64,000 nt of DNA from Candidatus Tayloriibacteriota bacterium. GTDB taxonomy: Bacteria > Patescibacteriota > Minisyncoccia > Phycocordibacterales > PALSA-1337. The notes under the pieces were generated by a model. That model was given only the letters and a program-made list of their open reading frames with translations. It was not told where the DNA came from and made no database searches. Made by a program: the position numbers and the translations under genes. The stretch lies in NCBI GenBank assembly GCA_028286665.1, contig JAQBRD010000031.1:155-64154 (forward strand), read 5' to 3'. Below, in pieces: positions 19,225 to 29,127 of this stretch. Numbering within the stretch: the stretch's first letter is position 1; each line of letters starts with the position of its first letter.

Positions 19225-19575
19225 TTATTCTTTGCCGACGATGAGATGCAGGTGGAAATGCGCCGGGACTGACTTGTTCTTCGTCGTTGCCTCTATTATA
19301 TAGTCATATTCAGGATGGACAACGGCTGCCTTGAGTTGCTGGTATTCTTTCAGCTCTGCTTCATTGAGGCCGGTTTCCGTTACGTGTCTGATCGGAATGA
19401 GCATATGATGCGTTTTTGCGATGAGGTCGTAGGGGAATTTGTTGCCGGTTATTTTCCAGTGAGCGAATGTTCTTAATGCAGGCTTTTCGCAAAGAGGGCA
19501 CGCGCCGCTCGGAGCAGCGCTCTGCTGGTATTCCTTATGCTGCTGCTTCATTTCCGGTGTTCGCAATGAGGGCAT
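19225..19575 (-). CDS. HIT-family (histidine triad) protein
   Basis: A CPLC zinc-binding motif is followed by the C-terminal histidine triad HFHLHL. Confidence 0.7.
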   Translation of the reverse strand: MPSLRTPEMKQQHKEYQQSAAPSGACPLCEKPALRTFAHWKITGNKFPYDLIAKTHHMLIPIRHVTETGLNEAELKEYQQLKAAVVHPEYDYIIEATTKNKSVPAHFHLHLIVGKE

Positions 19576-19610
19576 GTTTTTCGTGGTTAATTATTGATGA
19601 ATGGCAGCAT

Positions 19611-20366
19611 CTATTTTGCACCGAGCAATTCCCAGGTTGATATAAAAAGATTTCGAAGCATTGTTGCGATAGCTGGGGATTCGATGATGATCGCATATAT
19701 TTCATTTTCCTTGAAGGAAAAGAACGCCGTTTTCTTTCCATAAATATCAAGCGTTCCGTTGATGGGCGAGTGGGATGGAAGCATGCGCGTTTCACGATAT
19801 GCATTCGTCACAAGTCCTGGGTCTTTCGGTCCTGATGAGCTGGCCGTAATGAGATACGAATATATCTTAAGCTTTTCTCTGCGTTTCAGCCAATTCGGGA
19901 AATATTTCGGAAGCACCTTCATCATGTCGAGATTTGAAAAAGCATGAAGCTCTCTGTTGTTCTCCTGCTCGAGCGTTTCGAGTATGTCTTCCCAGACGAA
20001 TTTCACGCCATCGATTCCCGTATAGAGCTTCGCTGCAGGAACGAGCATGCCGTGCCCGCGAATATCCATCAATTCTGGAACAATGGATCTCATCTTCGCT
20101 TCCTTTTCCTGCTGCATCTTCACGAGCCTGTTCGGACTCTCGGCAGAATAGTAGACGACATTATTTTTCTTCCACGACGAAACATATTTCTGATGCATCA
20201 GCGAGTCGAGCGTGTGGTACGCCGTCGTGCGAGCGATGCCTGTCTCTTTCGCCAAGCTGAAAGCAGTTGCTTCGGCATATTTGAGCAGGGCAGTATAGAG
20301 GGTCGCTTCATTTTCGCTGAAGCCGCATTCTTTGAGTATTTTCTGAGTATTCATAATAGCGTCCAA
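19611..20366 (-). CDS. TrmB-like HTH transcriptional regulator, paralog B
   Basis: The HTH reads LYTALLKYAEATAFSLAKETGIARTTAYHTLDSL, and the C-terminal domain is shared with the other paralogs. The gene is divergent from SBP copy 2, with the HIT and HAD genes downstream on the same strand. Confidence 0.7.
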   Translation of the reverse strand: MDAIMNTQKILKECGFSENEATLYTALLKYAEATAFSLAKETGIARTTAYHTLDSLMHQKYVSSWKKNNVVYYSAESPNRLVKMQQEKEAKMRSIVPELMDIRGHGMLVPAAKLYTGIDGVKFVWEDILETLEQENNRELHAFSNLDMMKVLPKYFPNWLKRREKLKIYSYLITASSSGPKDPGLVTNAYRETRMLPSHSPINGTLDIYGKKTAFFSFKENEIYAIIIESPAIATMLRNLFISTWELLGAK

Positions 20367-20467
20367 AAAACGGACTACTTCTAATATCTATAATAAGCTT
20401 TAAATATAATACTAAATAGGCATTTGTCAATATATTTTTAAAATACAAGGACTAATCCCACGCGATC

Positions 20468-21595
20468 ATGTATGTTGGATGGATGAAAAGAAATATATAC
20501 ATAGCCATTGCTGCGCTTGCCGTCTGCGGGCTTTTTGTCGCATTGCATATCAGTCCGAAGCGCCAGCCTGTTTCTATCGGATTCGTCGGACCTTTCACTG
20601 GAAATTCAGCATTCTTCGGAGAGTATATGCAGAGAGGCCTTGATATTGCCCGCAGCGAATATTCCGCCGATGATATTTCGCGAGTGAGGATCATTAAGGA
20701 AGACGATGCCTGTTCAGCAAAGAATGCATTAAGTGCGGTTCAGAAACTGATTTCAGTCGATCATGTGAAATACGTCATCGGCCCGCTTTGCAACGAATCT
20801 TCTGTCGCGACAGAGCAGCTGTTCGAAGATAGCCGTGTCATATCAGTGACGATCGGCCTCCCGTCGAACAAGATCGCGAATATGGGGCCATATCATTTCT
20901 CATTCTCTCCAGAAATCGAATATTTGATGAAGGCCATAAGCGGAGAAATTATTAAGAAGAAAATAACGAGAGTGGCGGTGATCCATATGATCGGAGCTTT
21001 CGAGGATGAGAATTATCGGCATTTCATAAAATATCTTTCTATGGGCGGCGTTTGGCTGGCGGCAGATGTTTCTGAAATAAAAGGCACGACCGATTTCAAA
21101 GCATCAATCCTTAAAATAAAGCAATCGAACCCGGATGGCATCATGATCGTCGCTCACACTGCCGAATTGAACAATATTCTCAAGCAGATGGACGCGCAAG
21201 GTCTTCGCGGGCTTCAGAAGTTCGGTATTCATGCTGCTGAAACCAAATTGCTGCTCGAGCAGAAAGACATCGCTGAAGGTTTCATCTACCCGTATCCTGG
21301 CGATGATGCCGAAAGCCAATCTGCAAAATCATACGCTCAGAAATATGCCGATGCGTATCATGCGGCGCCAGACCCTTCTTCGGTAAATGTCTATAACAGC
21401 TATAAGATACTTATTTCGGCAATCGGTGAGTGCGGGTATGAAAACAGCGATTGCGTTCAGCGTAAGTTATCTCAGCTCAAGGATTTTCCTGGAGCGAGCG
21501 GAAGCCTGTCTGTCGATGAGAGGGGAGTCGGCACATATAAGCAAATCATGCTGAAGACAGTGCATAATGGAAAATTCGAAAAGCTGAGCGAATAG
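20468..21595 (+). CDS. LivK-type substrate-binding protein, copy 2
   Basis: The protein has VSIGFVGPFTGNSAFFGEYMQRGLDIA...RIIKEDDACSAKNA. The N-terminal anchor carries a possible lipobox (LAVC). Confidence 0.8.
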   Translation: MYVGWMKRNIYIAIAALAVCGLFVALHISPKRQPVSIGFVGPFTGNSAFFGEYMQRGLDIARSEYSADDISRVRIIKEDDACSAKNALSAVQKLISVDHVKYVIGPLCNESSVATEQLFEDSRVISVTIGLPSNKIANMGPYHFSFSPEIEYLMKAISGEIIKKKITRVAVIHMIGAFEDENYRHFIKYLSMGGVWLAADVSEIKGTTDFKASILKIKQSNPDGIMIVAHTAELNNILKQMDAQGLRGLQKFGIHAAETKLLLEQKDIAEGFIYPYPGDDAESQSAKSYAQKYADAYHAAPDPSSVNVYNSYKILISAIGECGYENSDCVQRKLSQLKDFPGASGSLSVDERGVGTYKQIMLKTVHNGKFEKLSE

Positions 21596-21600
21596 CATTT

Positions 21601-22509
21601 TTACTCGGTATTCTTCTTGAAAAGGATTTTCGCTTTGAAATCGGGTATGGCGATCAGCGCCTGCTCGATTGATCGGACGAATTCGAGTTCTGGCCAATCG
21701 TCGGGGTGCTTCTCGATCTTCCAGCGGAGGGACGTGAGGATCCGGACGAGGACGAGCGTCTGGATGTCATGCATCATCAGATCGAGTTCCTCGGGTTCGA
21801 TCCCGTATCCTGCGATGAATTCATCGACATTCTTCTTGCCGGTATTCCAGGCGAAGATATCGGCGAGTTCGCCGTGCGGCGCCCGGCTGCCGCTCGCGGT
21901 TCCCCAATCGATGACATATATGTCGCCATCAGGGTGGACGATGGTATTCTCCGGGCCGAGATTGCCATGGCAGAGCATCGGCAGATAATGCCACCCTTTG
22001 ATCTCATCTACGCGTGCGCGCATGTCGGCGATCTGCGTCTCGGTAAGAAGCTTGTGCTTCACGAAGAATCCGTCATCGAAAAGCTGCTCGTCGATCCAAG
22101 TGAGATCGATCTTGTATTCCTCGGCTGGAATCGTATTGTACTTCTTCGCATAACTGCCGAGGGCGCGCCATATGCGCTTGGTTTCATCATGCATGACTGT
22201 GCCGCGGATCCCGGGAATGAATTCCTGAAAGGAGTACGCATACTCTTCCTCGATGCCGACCGCAAGCGGCCTCGGGGTCGGTATGTGCAGCTGGAGGGCG
22301 GCATTCATGCACCATTCTTCCATTCTGTAGGTCTTGAGCGCATCATGGGATTTCTGCATGCGGAGGATGCACATCCTCTCTTTAAGGGATATCCTGAAGA
22401 CGACATTGATGACGCCTTGGTCTATGATCTCCTCGACAGCCGCGGGAATCTCGCCGAATTCCTTTTCGGTGATCTTGTATATGAGTTCCTGCATTTCTGG
22501 CGGTGTCAT
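21601..22509 (-). CDS. Aminoglycoside/choline-kinase-like phosphotransferase (APH/protein-kinase-like fold)
   Basis: The catalytic-loop motif is CHGNLGPENTIV, and IDWGTASG is the DFG-equivalent (IDW). I take the start at the internal Met (MTPPEMQ), 78 bp from the divergent polA start. Confidence 0.65.
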   Translation of the reverse strand: MTPPEMQELIYKITEKEFGEIPAAVEEIIDQGVINVVFRISLKERMCILRMQKSHDALKTYRMEEWCMNAALQLHIPTPRPLAVGIEEEYAYSFQEFIPGIRGTVMHDETKRIWRALGSYAKKYNTIPAEEYKIDLTWIDEQLFDDGFFVKHKLLTETQIADMRARVDEIKGWHYLPMLCHGNLGPENTIVHPDGDIYVIDWGTASGSRAPHGELADIFAWNTGKKNVDEFIAGYGIEPEELDLMMHDIQTLVLVRILTSLRWKIEKHPDDWPELEFVRSIEQALIAIPDFKAKILFKKNTE

Positions 22510-22586
22510 TTTTTGATGTTGTCTGAAATGTCGTATGAGTCGGGTGATAGGATGCTTAATTTCAAGCCGTCCTGTACAATAAGCGT

Positions 22587-25121
22587 ATGGAAAAATCTCT
22601 GAAAAATAGCTCGAAAAAGGGAGCGGAAAAGGCTGAAAACCGTAAGCGCGAGAAGCTCGTGCTTCTCGACTCGCACGCGATCCTCCATCGAGCATACCAT
22701 GCATTGCCTGATTTCGTTTCTGCGAAAGGCGAGCCGACGGGCGCCATCTACGGACTCGTGAGCATGCTCATTTCGATCATTGCAGAGTTGAAGCCGGATT
22801 ATATCGTCGCATGTTACGATCTGCCCGGCCCGACATACCGTCATGAGGTGTACAAGGAGTACAAAGCGGGCCGGGCGAAGACCGACGGCGATCTCGTCAC
22901 CCAGCTCCAGAGCTCGCGCAAAGTCTTCGAAGCTTTCAATATTCCGATCTACGACAAGCCCGGCTTCGAAGCAGACGACATGCTCGGCTCGATCGTCGAG
23001 CAGATACTCGATCGCAAGGAATGCTCTGACCTCGATGTCATCATCGCATCGGGCGACATGGACACAATGCAGCTTATCTCGGATCGACGGGTGATGGTGT
23101 ATACGCTGAAGAAGGGCATCAAGGATACTGTGCTCTATGATGAAGAGGCCGTGCGAGCTCGTTTCGGTTTCGGTCCTGAGCTGCTTCCTGATTACAAAGG
23201 CCTTCGCGGCGATACGTCCGACAACATCATCGGCATCAAGGGCATCGGCGAGAAGACTGCCGGCACGCTCATCGGTACGTTCGGAACGATCGAGAATATG
23301 TACAAGGTATTGTCGACCGATGCAGGCAAGAAGAAATTCGAAGAAGCCGGCATCACGCCGCGCATCGTGAAGCTCCTCGAAGAAGGGAAGGAAGAAGCTG
23401 AGTTCAGCAAGATGCTCGCGACGATCCGCCGTGATGCGCCGATCGAGTTCGTCCGGCCAGAAAAGCATTTCTTCGACATGGTCGCTGACCCGATCGTCTT
23501 CGATGCGGTCATGAAGCTCTTCAATGAATTGAATTTCCGCACGCTCGGTCCGCGGCTCAAGAATGCGATTTTCGGAAAGGCTCCGGCTGCTGCGAAGGAG
23601 CGAGCATCTGAAAAAGATGAAGCTGAAACAGATGCGGCAGAAAGCCCGTCGAATCCAGGAAATTCGGCGCTTTTCGATATCGTCGCGCCGGAGGAGGTGA
23701 AGCGGACCGGCCTCGCGCTCTGGCTGCTTGATTCCAATCTGACGAATCCCGGCGTAGAGGAGATCACGAACTTCGCGCAGACGGAGGATTTTGCGAAGGC
23801 TTCGGCGATCATCTTCAGCGAGCTTGAGAAGCAGGGCCTGAAGAAGCTGTACGATACGATCGAGATGCCCATCCTGCCGATCATCGAACGGATGAATGCT
23901 CGCGGCGTGAAGATCGATCGCGCGCTTCTCGCGAAGCTTTCGAAGGACTATCACACGCAGCTCGACAGGCTCGAGAAGCAGATCCACAAGCATGCCGGCG
24001 TCGAATTCAACATCAATTCTCCCAAACAGCTCGGTGAGATCCTCTTCGACAAGCTCATGCTCACGGCGAAAGGCATGAAGAAGACTGCCGGCGGCGCCCG
24101 ATCGACGCGCGAATCCGAGCTCGAGAAGCTCCGCGACTCGCATCCGATCGTGTCGCTCATTTTCGAATACCGAGAATTCCAGAAGCTCCTCTCTACATAT
24201 ATAGACACGATCCCGACATTGCTCGATGAGCATGATCGGCTCCATAGCAATTTCATACAGACGGGAACGACGACCGGACGCATGGCGTCGCAGAGCCCGA
24301 ACCTGCAGAATATTCCGATCAGGACGGACCTCGGACGTGCGATCCGCGGAGCGTTCATCGCGGACAAGAAGCCTGCGGACGGGAAGGGGGCGTTCATCCT
24401 CGGCGCTTTCGACTACTCGCAGATCGAACTGCGCATCGCAGCATTCCTTTCAGGCGACGAGAAGCTCATCGGTATCTTCAAGAGCGGGCAGGATGTCCAT
24501 GCGGCAGTCGCTGCGGAAGTCTTCGGCGTTCCGATCGACAAAGTTGATCGCGAGATGCGACGTCGGGCGAAGATCATCAACTTCGGCATCCTCTACGGCA
24601 TGGGCGTGACTGCGCTCCGCGGCAATCTCGAAAGCGAAGGCGATGTGAAAGTCACCCGCGACGAGGCGCAAAAATTCTATAACGAATACTTCGCGAAATT
24701 CTCCGGACTCGCGCAGTATCTCGACAAGGTGAAAGCTGAAGCATCTCGAAAGGGCTACACTGAGACATTCTTCGGCCGACGCCGCGTATTCGAAGGCATC
24801 AATTCGAAGCTTCCATATATCAAGGCAATGGCAGAACGCATGGCTATCAATGCCCCTATTCAGGGAACGAATGCCGATGTGGTGAAGATCGCCATGAAGC
24901 GCATCGACGACTATATCGAGAAGGAAGGACTTCGCGACGATGCCTCGCTCATCCTTCAGGTCCATGACGAGCTCGTGTATGAGATCCGCGAAGCGAAGGC
25001 TGAAAAGATCGCCGCGGGCATCAAGGAGATCATGGAGACAGTCATCGATCCGAAGGATATCCACGGCATCAAGCTTATGGCGAACGGCACGCTCGGCGAT
25101 AATTGGGGCGTATTGAAATAG
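22587..25121 (+). CDS. polA: DNA polymerase I (5'-3' exonuclease + polymerase; 3'-5' exonuclease region reduced)
   Basis: The N-terminal 5' nuclease carries LVLLDSHAILHRAYHAL. Polymerase motifs are DYSQIELR (A), RRRAKIINFGILYGMG (B) and QVHDELVYE (C). There are only about 180 aa between the nuclease and polymerase domains, and no DxE Exo I motif. Confidence 0.93.
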   Translation: MEKSLKNSSKKGAEKAENRKREKLVLLDSHAILHRAYHALPDFVSAKGEPTGAIYGLVSMLISIIAELKPDYIVACYDLPGPTYRHEVYKEYKAGRAKTDGDLVTQLQSSRKVFEAFNIPIYDKPGFEADDMLGSIVEQILDRKECSDLDVIIASGDMDTMQLISDRRVMVYTLKKGIKDTVLYDEEAVRARFGFGPELLPDYKGLRGDTSDNIIGIKGIGEKTAGTLIGTFGTIENMYKVLSTDAGKKKFEEAGITPRIVKLLEEGKEEAEFSKMLATIRRDAPIEFVRPEKHFFDMVADPIVFDAVMKLFNELNFRTLGPRLKNAIFGKAPAAAKERASEKDEAETDAAESPSNPGNSALFDIVAPEEVKRTGLALWLLDSNLTNPGVEEITNFAQTEDFAKASAIIFSELEKQGLKKLYDTIEMPILPIIERMNARGVKIDRALLAKLSKDYHTQLDRLEKQIHKHAGVEFNINSPKQLGEILFDKLMLTAKGMKKTAGGARSTRESELEKLRDSHPIVSLIFEYREFQKLLSTYIDTIPTLLDEHDRLHSNFIQTGTTTGRMASQSPNLQNIPIRTDLGRAIRGAFIADKKPADGKGAFILGAFDYSQIELRIAAFLSGDEKLIGIFKSGQDVHAAVAAEVFGVPIDKVDREMRRRAKIINFGILYGMGVTALRGNLESEGDVKVTRDEAQKFYNEYFAKFSGLAQYLDKVKAEASRKGYTETFFGRRRVFEGINSKLPYIKAMAERMAINAPIQGTNADVVKIAMKRIDDYIEKEGLRDDASLILQVHDELVYEIREAKAEKIAAGIKEIMETVIDPKDIHGIKLMANGTLGDNWGVLK

Positions 25122-25124
25122 CTC

Positions 25125-25895
25125 ATGATTTATTTCCTCCACGGAACCGATACGGACAAAGCGCGGGCCAAAGCCAAGGAGCTTGTCGCTGCGATGCAAA
25201 AGAAGAAGCCGGATGCGGCGTTCTTCACCGTGAACGGGGAAGTGTGGGTTGCCGCCGGCATCGCACAAAGCGGCATGGTCATCGATGAGTACGCCGGCGG
25301 CCAAGGCCTCTTCGAGAACAAGTTCATCGTGCTCGTCGATCGCGTCGGCGAGGACAAGGAATTGCGCGAAAGCCTGGCGGAGAAGGCGGAACTCATGGCC
25401 GAGTCGGATAATATTTTTATAATCGTAGAGGGCAAGCTCGATAAGGCGACGACGACCAAGATCGAGAAGCTCGCGGAAAAGACGCAGGAATTCGAAGCTG
25501 AGAAAGCCGAGGCGGGCGCATTTTTCAAAAAAACGGACAGCTCATCCGGTTCCGGCGCAAATATCTTCGCCCTCGGGGATGCGCTCGGCCGCCGCGACAA
25601 GAAGCAGCTCTGGGTGCTCTATCGCCAATTCATCGATGAGGGGAAGGCTCCCGAAGAAATCCACGGCACGCTATTCTGGCAGGCGAAATCGATCGCGCTC
25701 GCTGCTCGCACGAAAAGCGCCGCAGAATCCGGCCTCGCGCCGTTCGTCTATTCGAAATCGAAAGCATTCGCGGAAAATTATTCAGATCTTGAATTGCGCA
25801 AGCTACTCGACGATCTCATCTCCGTCTCGCATGATTCCCGGAGAGGGAAGCATGATCTGGAGACGGCTCTTGAGATATTGCTTTTGAAAATATAG
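25125..25895 (+). CDS. DNA polymerase III delta subunit (HolA)-like
   Basis: A 256-aa protein whose N-terminus (MIYFLHGTDTDKARAKAKEL) and C-terminus (LRKLLDDLISVSHDSRRGKHDLETALEILLLKI) are HolA-like. It lies immediately downstream of polA. Confidence 0.55.
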   Translation: MIYFLHGTDTDKARAKAKELVAAMQKKKPDAAFFTVNGEVWVAAGIAQSGMVIDEYAGGQGLFENKFIVLVDRVGEDKELRESLAEKAELMAESDNIFIIVEGKLDKATTTKIEKLAEKTQEFEAEKAEAGAFFKKTDSSSGSGANIFALGDALGRRDKKQLWVLYRQFIDEGKAPEEIHGTLFWQAKSIALAARTKSAAESGLAPFVYSKSKAFAENYSDLELRKLLDDLISVSHDSRRGKHDLETALEILLLKI

Positions 25896-25907
25896 TCCGC
25901 TTTATTT

Positions 25908-27701
25908 TTATTCTGCCGCCGCATCCCTCGTCTTGATGTATTTCTGCCAAAGCATCTGAAAATCCGGCGAAGAGGCCTGCAGCTCAGCAAGCGAACCGGA
26001 GGCGATGATCCTGCCGTCCTTGAAGAAGTAGACTGTATCGAATAAGGAAAGAAGGTGGAGCCGATGTATCGATGAGATCACGGTCTTGCCTTCGAAAGCG
26101 GTGAAGATGTTCTTGTAGATCGCGAGCTCGTTGTGGAAGTCGACGCTGCTCGTCGGCTCGTCGAGGAGGATGATCTCCTTGTCGATCGATGCGAGGAGTC
26201 CGCGGGAAAGGGCGAGGCGCTGCTTCTCGCCGCCGGAGAGATTGACGCCTTTTTCGACGATGGACGAGTCGAGCTTCTTCGGAAGCCGCTTCACGATATC
26301 GGTGAATCGAGCCATGTCGGTGAAGACCTCGATGTGCTGCTCTGAATAATCGACGCCCATGGTGATGTTCTCGCGGATGGTCGTCGAGAATATCTCCGGG
26401 TCCTGCGGCACAAGCGAGATCGAGTCGCTGATGGCAGAGAAGCCGCCGCCCTCTTTCGCGCCATCGATGGCGAGATCGATCGATTTCGGATGATAGAGAT
26501 CGCGGAAGACTTTCAGGAAAGTGCTCTTGCCGCCCCCGCTTTCGCCGATGACTGCGATCTTTTCGCCTTTCGATATCCGCATGCTGATCTCATCGAGGTG
26601 CCGCATGGCTCCGTCCTCGCGATGATATGAGAATGAGAGATTGCGGATCTCGATCGACGACCATTCTTTCGGCAGCAATGCGGGCGGGACATGGACCTGC
26701 TCTGCAAACTCCTTCGAAATCTCCTCCGAATTCATGAGCGAGGTCCGCTGCCGGATGATGTCGCCGTAGAGGTAGGCGAATCGGTAGAACGTCTCGCGTA
26801 CCTGATTCACATAGCTGTAGAGGATGTATATCGTTCCGGACAGGATCATGTTTCCGGCTTTGAAATTGAAATAGACGTAGCCGCTCAATATGAGGACTAC
26901 TGAAAGCCGCCCGATGACCGATGCTGAGAACCACTTCTGCTCGTTTCGGATATTGTTCGTATTGTATTGACTGAACGGCTCTTCCATATGCGCAATTATG
27001 GAATCGAGGACGGGCGATTTGATTCGGAGCGTGATGACCGTAGTGATGTTGCTGATCGTGTCGAATATCTTCGCCGAGATCTTGTTGTCGAGGCGGTTCA
27101 CGATACGATATCCTGGAACGAGCACGCGGTCGAAGCGAATGAGGATGTAGAACGCGATGGCAGTGGCGATGATGAGGAAGGCTGTGGCGGCAGGCTCATA
27201 GAACATGATGACGACATATGCAGTTATCAGGAATATGACGGATTGGATGAGTTCGAAGGTGCGCGAAGCGAAGCTTGAAAGGGCTTCGGCGCCTTTCTCG
27301 ATCTTGTCGATCGTATCTCCTGAGTGATGATCCACATGCCATTCGATGGGGAGGTTCATGGTTCCTTCGAGCATATATGCCTTGAAGTTCTTCCGGACGA
27401 TGAATGAGGTCTTGTTCTCGAGGATGCGGCCGTATCCGTGGAAAATCCAGAAGCCGAGTTCCTGCGCGAGGAAGAGGGTGAGAAAAGCGAGGATCACATA
27501 TATATTGTCCTGCTTCACTCCTTGCTCCTGGATGATATTGAGCACCTTGCCGATGATGAGCGGCTCGACGGTGCCGATCGCGTTTGCGATGACGAAGAGG
27601 AATATGAAAAGGATGACGCTCCGGCGATTGGTCCCGGCGAATTTCCACATCTTGCGGATAAGATATATGACCGGATTGTTCTTGAAGATATGCGTAGTCA
27701 T
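25908..27701 (-). CDS. ABC exporter, fused permease-ATPase (MsbA/MdlB type)
   Basis: Six predicted TM helices are followed by GESGGGKSTFLKVF (Walker A), LSGGEKQRLALSRGL (signature motif) and ILLDEPTSSVD (Walker B). Confidence 0.9.
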   Translation of the reverse strand: MTTHIFKNNPVIYLIRKMWKFAGTNRRSVILFIFLFVIANAIGTVEPLIIGKVLNIIQEQGVKQDNIYVILAFLTLFLAQELGFWIFHGYGRILENKTSFIVRKNFKAYMLEGTMNLPIEWHVDHHSGDTIDKIEKGAEALSSFASRTFELIQSVIFLITAYVVIMFYEPAATAFLIIATAIAFYILIRFDRVLVPGYRIVNRLDNKISAKIFDTISNITTVITLRIKSPVLDSIIAHMEEPFSQYNTNNIRNEQKWFSASVIGRLSVVLILSGYVYFNFKAGNMILSGTIYILYSYVNQVRETFYRFAYLYGDIIRQRTSLMNSEEISKEFAEQVHVPPALLPKEWSSIEIRNLSFSYHREDGAMRHLDEISMRISKGEKIAVIGESGGGKSTFLKVFRDLYHPKSIDLAIDGAKEGGGFSAISDSISLVPQDPEIFSTTIRENITMGVDYSEQHIEVFTDMARFTDIVKRLPKKLDSSIVEKGVNLSGGEKQRLALSRGLLASIDKEIILLDEPTSSVDFHNELAIYKNIFTAFEGKTVISSIHRLHLLSLFDTVYFFKDGRIIASGSLAELQASSPDFQMLWQKYIKTRDAAAE

Positions 27702-27755
27702 AGACTACTTGAAGCCGAAAGGGATCGGGAAAGATAACGATATGGTGAGGATGCA

Positions 27756-27779
27756 GGTGCGCCAAATGGGAATGGAACC
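27756..27779. repeat. Imperfect direct repeat of the tRNA-Lys 3' end (att-like island boundary)
   Basis: ggtgcgccaaatgggaatggaacc matches tgtgcgcccagttggaatcgaacc (28588-28611) at about 19 of 24 positions. The low-GC segment starts immediately after it. Confidence 0.55.
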
Positions 27780-27853
27780 TTTTAACCAAGCCTTGTAAGT
27801 CTTTATTGAAACCTTATGTAAGTTAGATCTTATGTAGGGTCACACTTTAGGAA

Positions 27854-28543
27854 TCAAACTACAATCTTTACTTTATCCCAAGATTGTTCTGCTCCGTCAT
27901 ACAAACCTTTTATTGTACCCGCCAAACGAAACTGCGCCTCTTGGTTTAAATCATGTGCATTAACACCGATTCGCTCGCAGAAAGTAAAAACAAGAGGTGC
28001 TAACATTAGTTTTTGTTTCCAAGCATTTTCAGACCAAAGTCGATGATTAACTCTCACAATACGGTCGTCATTTTCAATTCCTAATTCTCTGGCGGTCTCA
28101 ATATTTTTCTTCGTCAAATCTTCACGCATATTGTAATTGAAACTCAAATTTATTTTTCCAAGATTAGTGAGCCAGTGAAGTGTTACACCATCAACCGCAT
28201 TGTTGTAAGATTCCATACTAGCCCAAATACCGTCTCTCCCTTTTTCGTGAAGGTATGATTTTGTGAAGTCACTTTGAGTAACTACAATTTTTCCGCTAAT
28301 GAATTTATGGGTCCAAGCAAGTGCAAATAGCTCAAAACGAATGACCTTTATTTCGTCATTTATTTTTTGAGAATCGATTTTTGCAAATTCCGGGTATATT
28401 TCGACGATATTTTTCTTAACAACATCAGAAAATACGCTACTAACATCAATCTCACCGACTACTGAGTTTAGAATTTGAGTATCGTAAAAATCACGACAAA
28501 AATCTTCTAACTTCTTTTTCTGTTTTATTGAGAAAAATGACAC
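27854..28543 (-). CDS. Hypothetical protein on low-GC island; possible HEPN-type abortive-infection-like protein (Rx5H motif)
   Basis: The ORF is at about 33% GC against about 52% for its neighbours. The first in-frame ATG (28621) lies inside tRNA-Lys, so I place a putative GTG start at 28543. DDRIVRVNHRLWSE near the C-terminus matches the HEPN R-x4-6-H consensus. Confidence 0.4.
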   Translation of the reverse strand: MSFFSIKQKKKLEDFCRDFYDTQILNSVVGEIDVSSVFSDVVKKNIVEIYPEFAKIDSQKINDEIKVIRFELFALAWTHKFISGKIVVTQSDFTKSYLHEKGRDGIWASMESYNNAVDGVTLHWLTNLGKINLSFNYNMREDLTKKNIETARELGIENDDRIVRVNHRLWSENAWKQKLMLAPLVFTFCERIGVNAHDLNQEAQFRLAGTIKGLYDGAEQSWDKVKIVV

Positions 28544-28589
28544 TGTATTTATTATAAACCTTATAAGGCCCTCGCATCGGTCTTGGTTG

Positions 28590-28662
28590 TGCGCCCAGTT
28601 GGAATCGAACCAACGACCCACTCCTTAAAAGGGAGATGCTCTACCGACTGAGCTATGGGCGC
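28590..28662 (-). tRNA. tRNA-Lys (anticodon TTT)
   Basis: The reverse complement is gcgcccatagctcagtcggtagagcatctcccttttaaggag...ggttcgattccaactgggcgca. This gives a cloverleaf with acceptor GCGCCCA/TGGGCGC, anticodon loop CTTTTAA and T-loop TTCGATT. Confidence 0.85.
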
Positions 28663-28725
28663 ATGTCTGAAGATACTACCATAAAATACGGCTCTGGCAA
28701 CAGCTTTCAGTGCATCATGCTTCTG

Positions 28726-29100
28726 TTAGAGCGGCAGATCGAATGCGAGGAAGCCGGCGCCGCTGAAGAGGATCGAGATCGCGATGACGAAGAGGATGAA
28801 GTAATAGTTCACGCCGTCGGTGAAGAGGGCTTTCGAAGTCGCCTTGTTCACGAGCTTCACTCCGAGGAGGATCACTGCGACGAGCGCCGCTGCTTGCGTG
28901 AAGAGGCCGATGATGAGGAGCACGCCGCTTACGAGGTCGACGATGCCGAGGACGAGCGTCTGAGTTTCAGCTTTTCCTTCAGCGGTTTTTTTCTGCACGT
29001 TCTTCAAACCCCAGAGCGCGAGCACTGCGCCGAGAACGAGTCGGAGGAGAAGGGGAGCGATGAGGCCGTATGTGAAGAATGCGGGAAAGATTGATGGCAT
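28726..29100 (-). CDS. DoxX-family membrane protein
   Basis: A 124-aa protein with four predicted TM helices and LRLVLGAVLALWGLKN, in the DoxX pattern. Confidence 0.6.
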   Translation of the reverse strand: MPSIFPAFFTYGLIAPLLLRLVLGAVLALWGLKNVQKKTAEGKAETQTLVLGIVDLVSGVLLIIGLFTQAAALVAVILLGVKLVNKATSKALFTDGVNYYFILFVIAISILFSGAGFLAFDLPL

Positions 29101-29127
29101 GGTTTTTTATGATATCTAATATATAGT

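Noticed and set aside
22506-24245. A 579-aa ORF antisense to polA.
   Set aside because: polA motifs A, B and C are unambiguous on the + strand, so the antisense frame is spurious.
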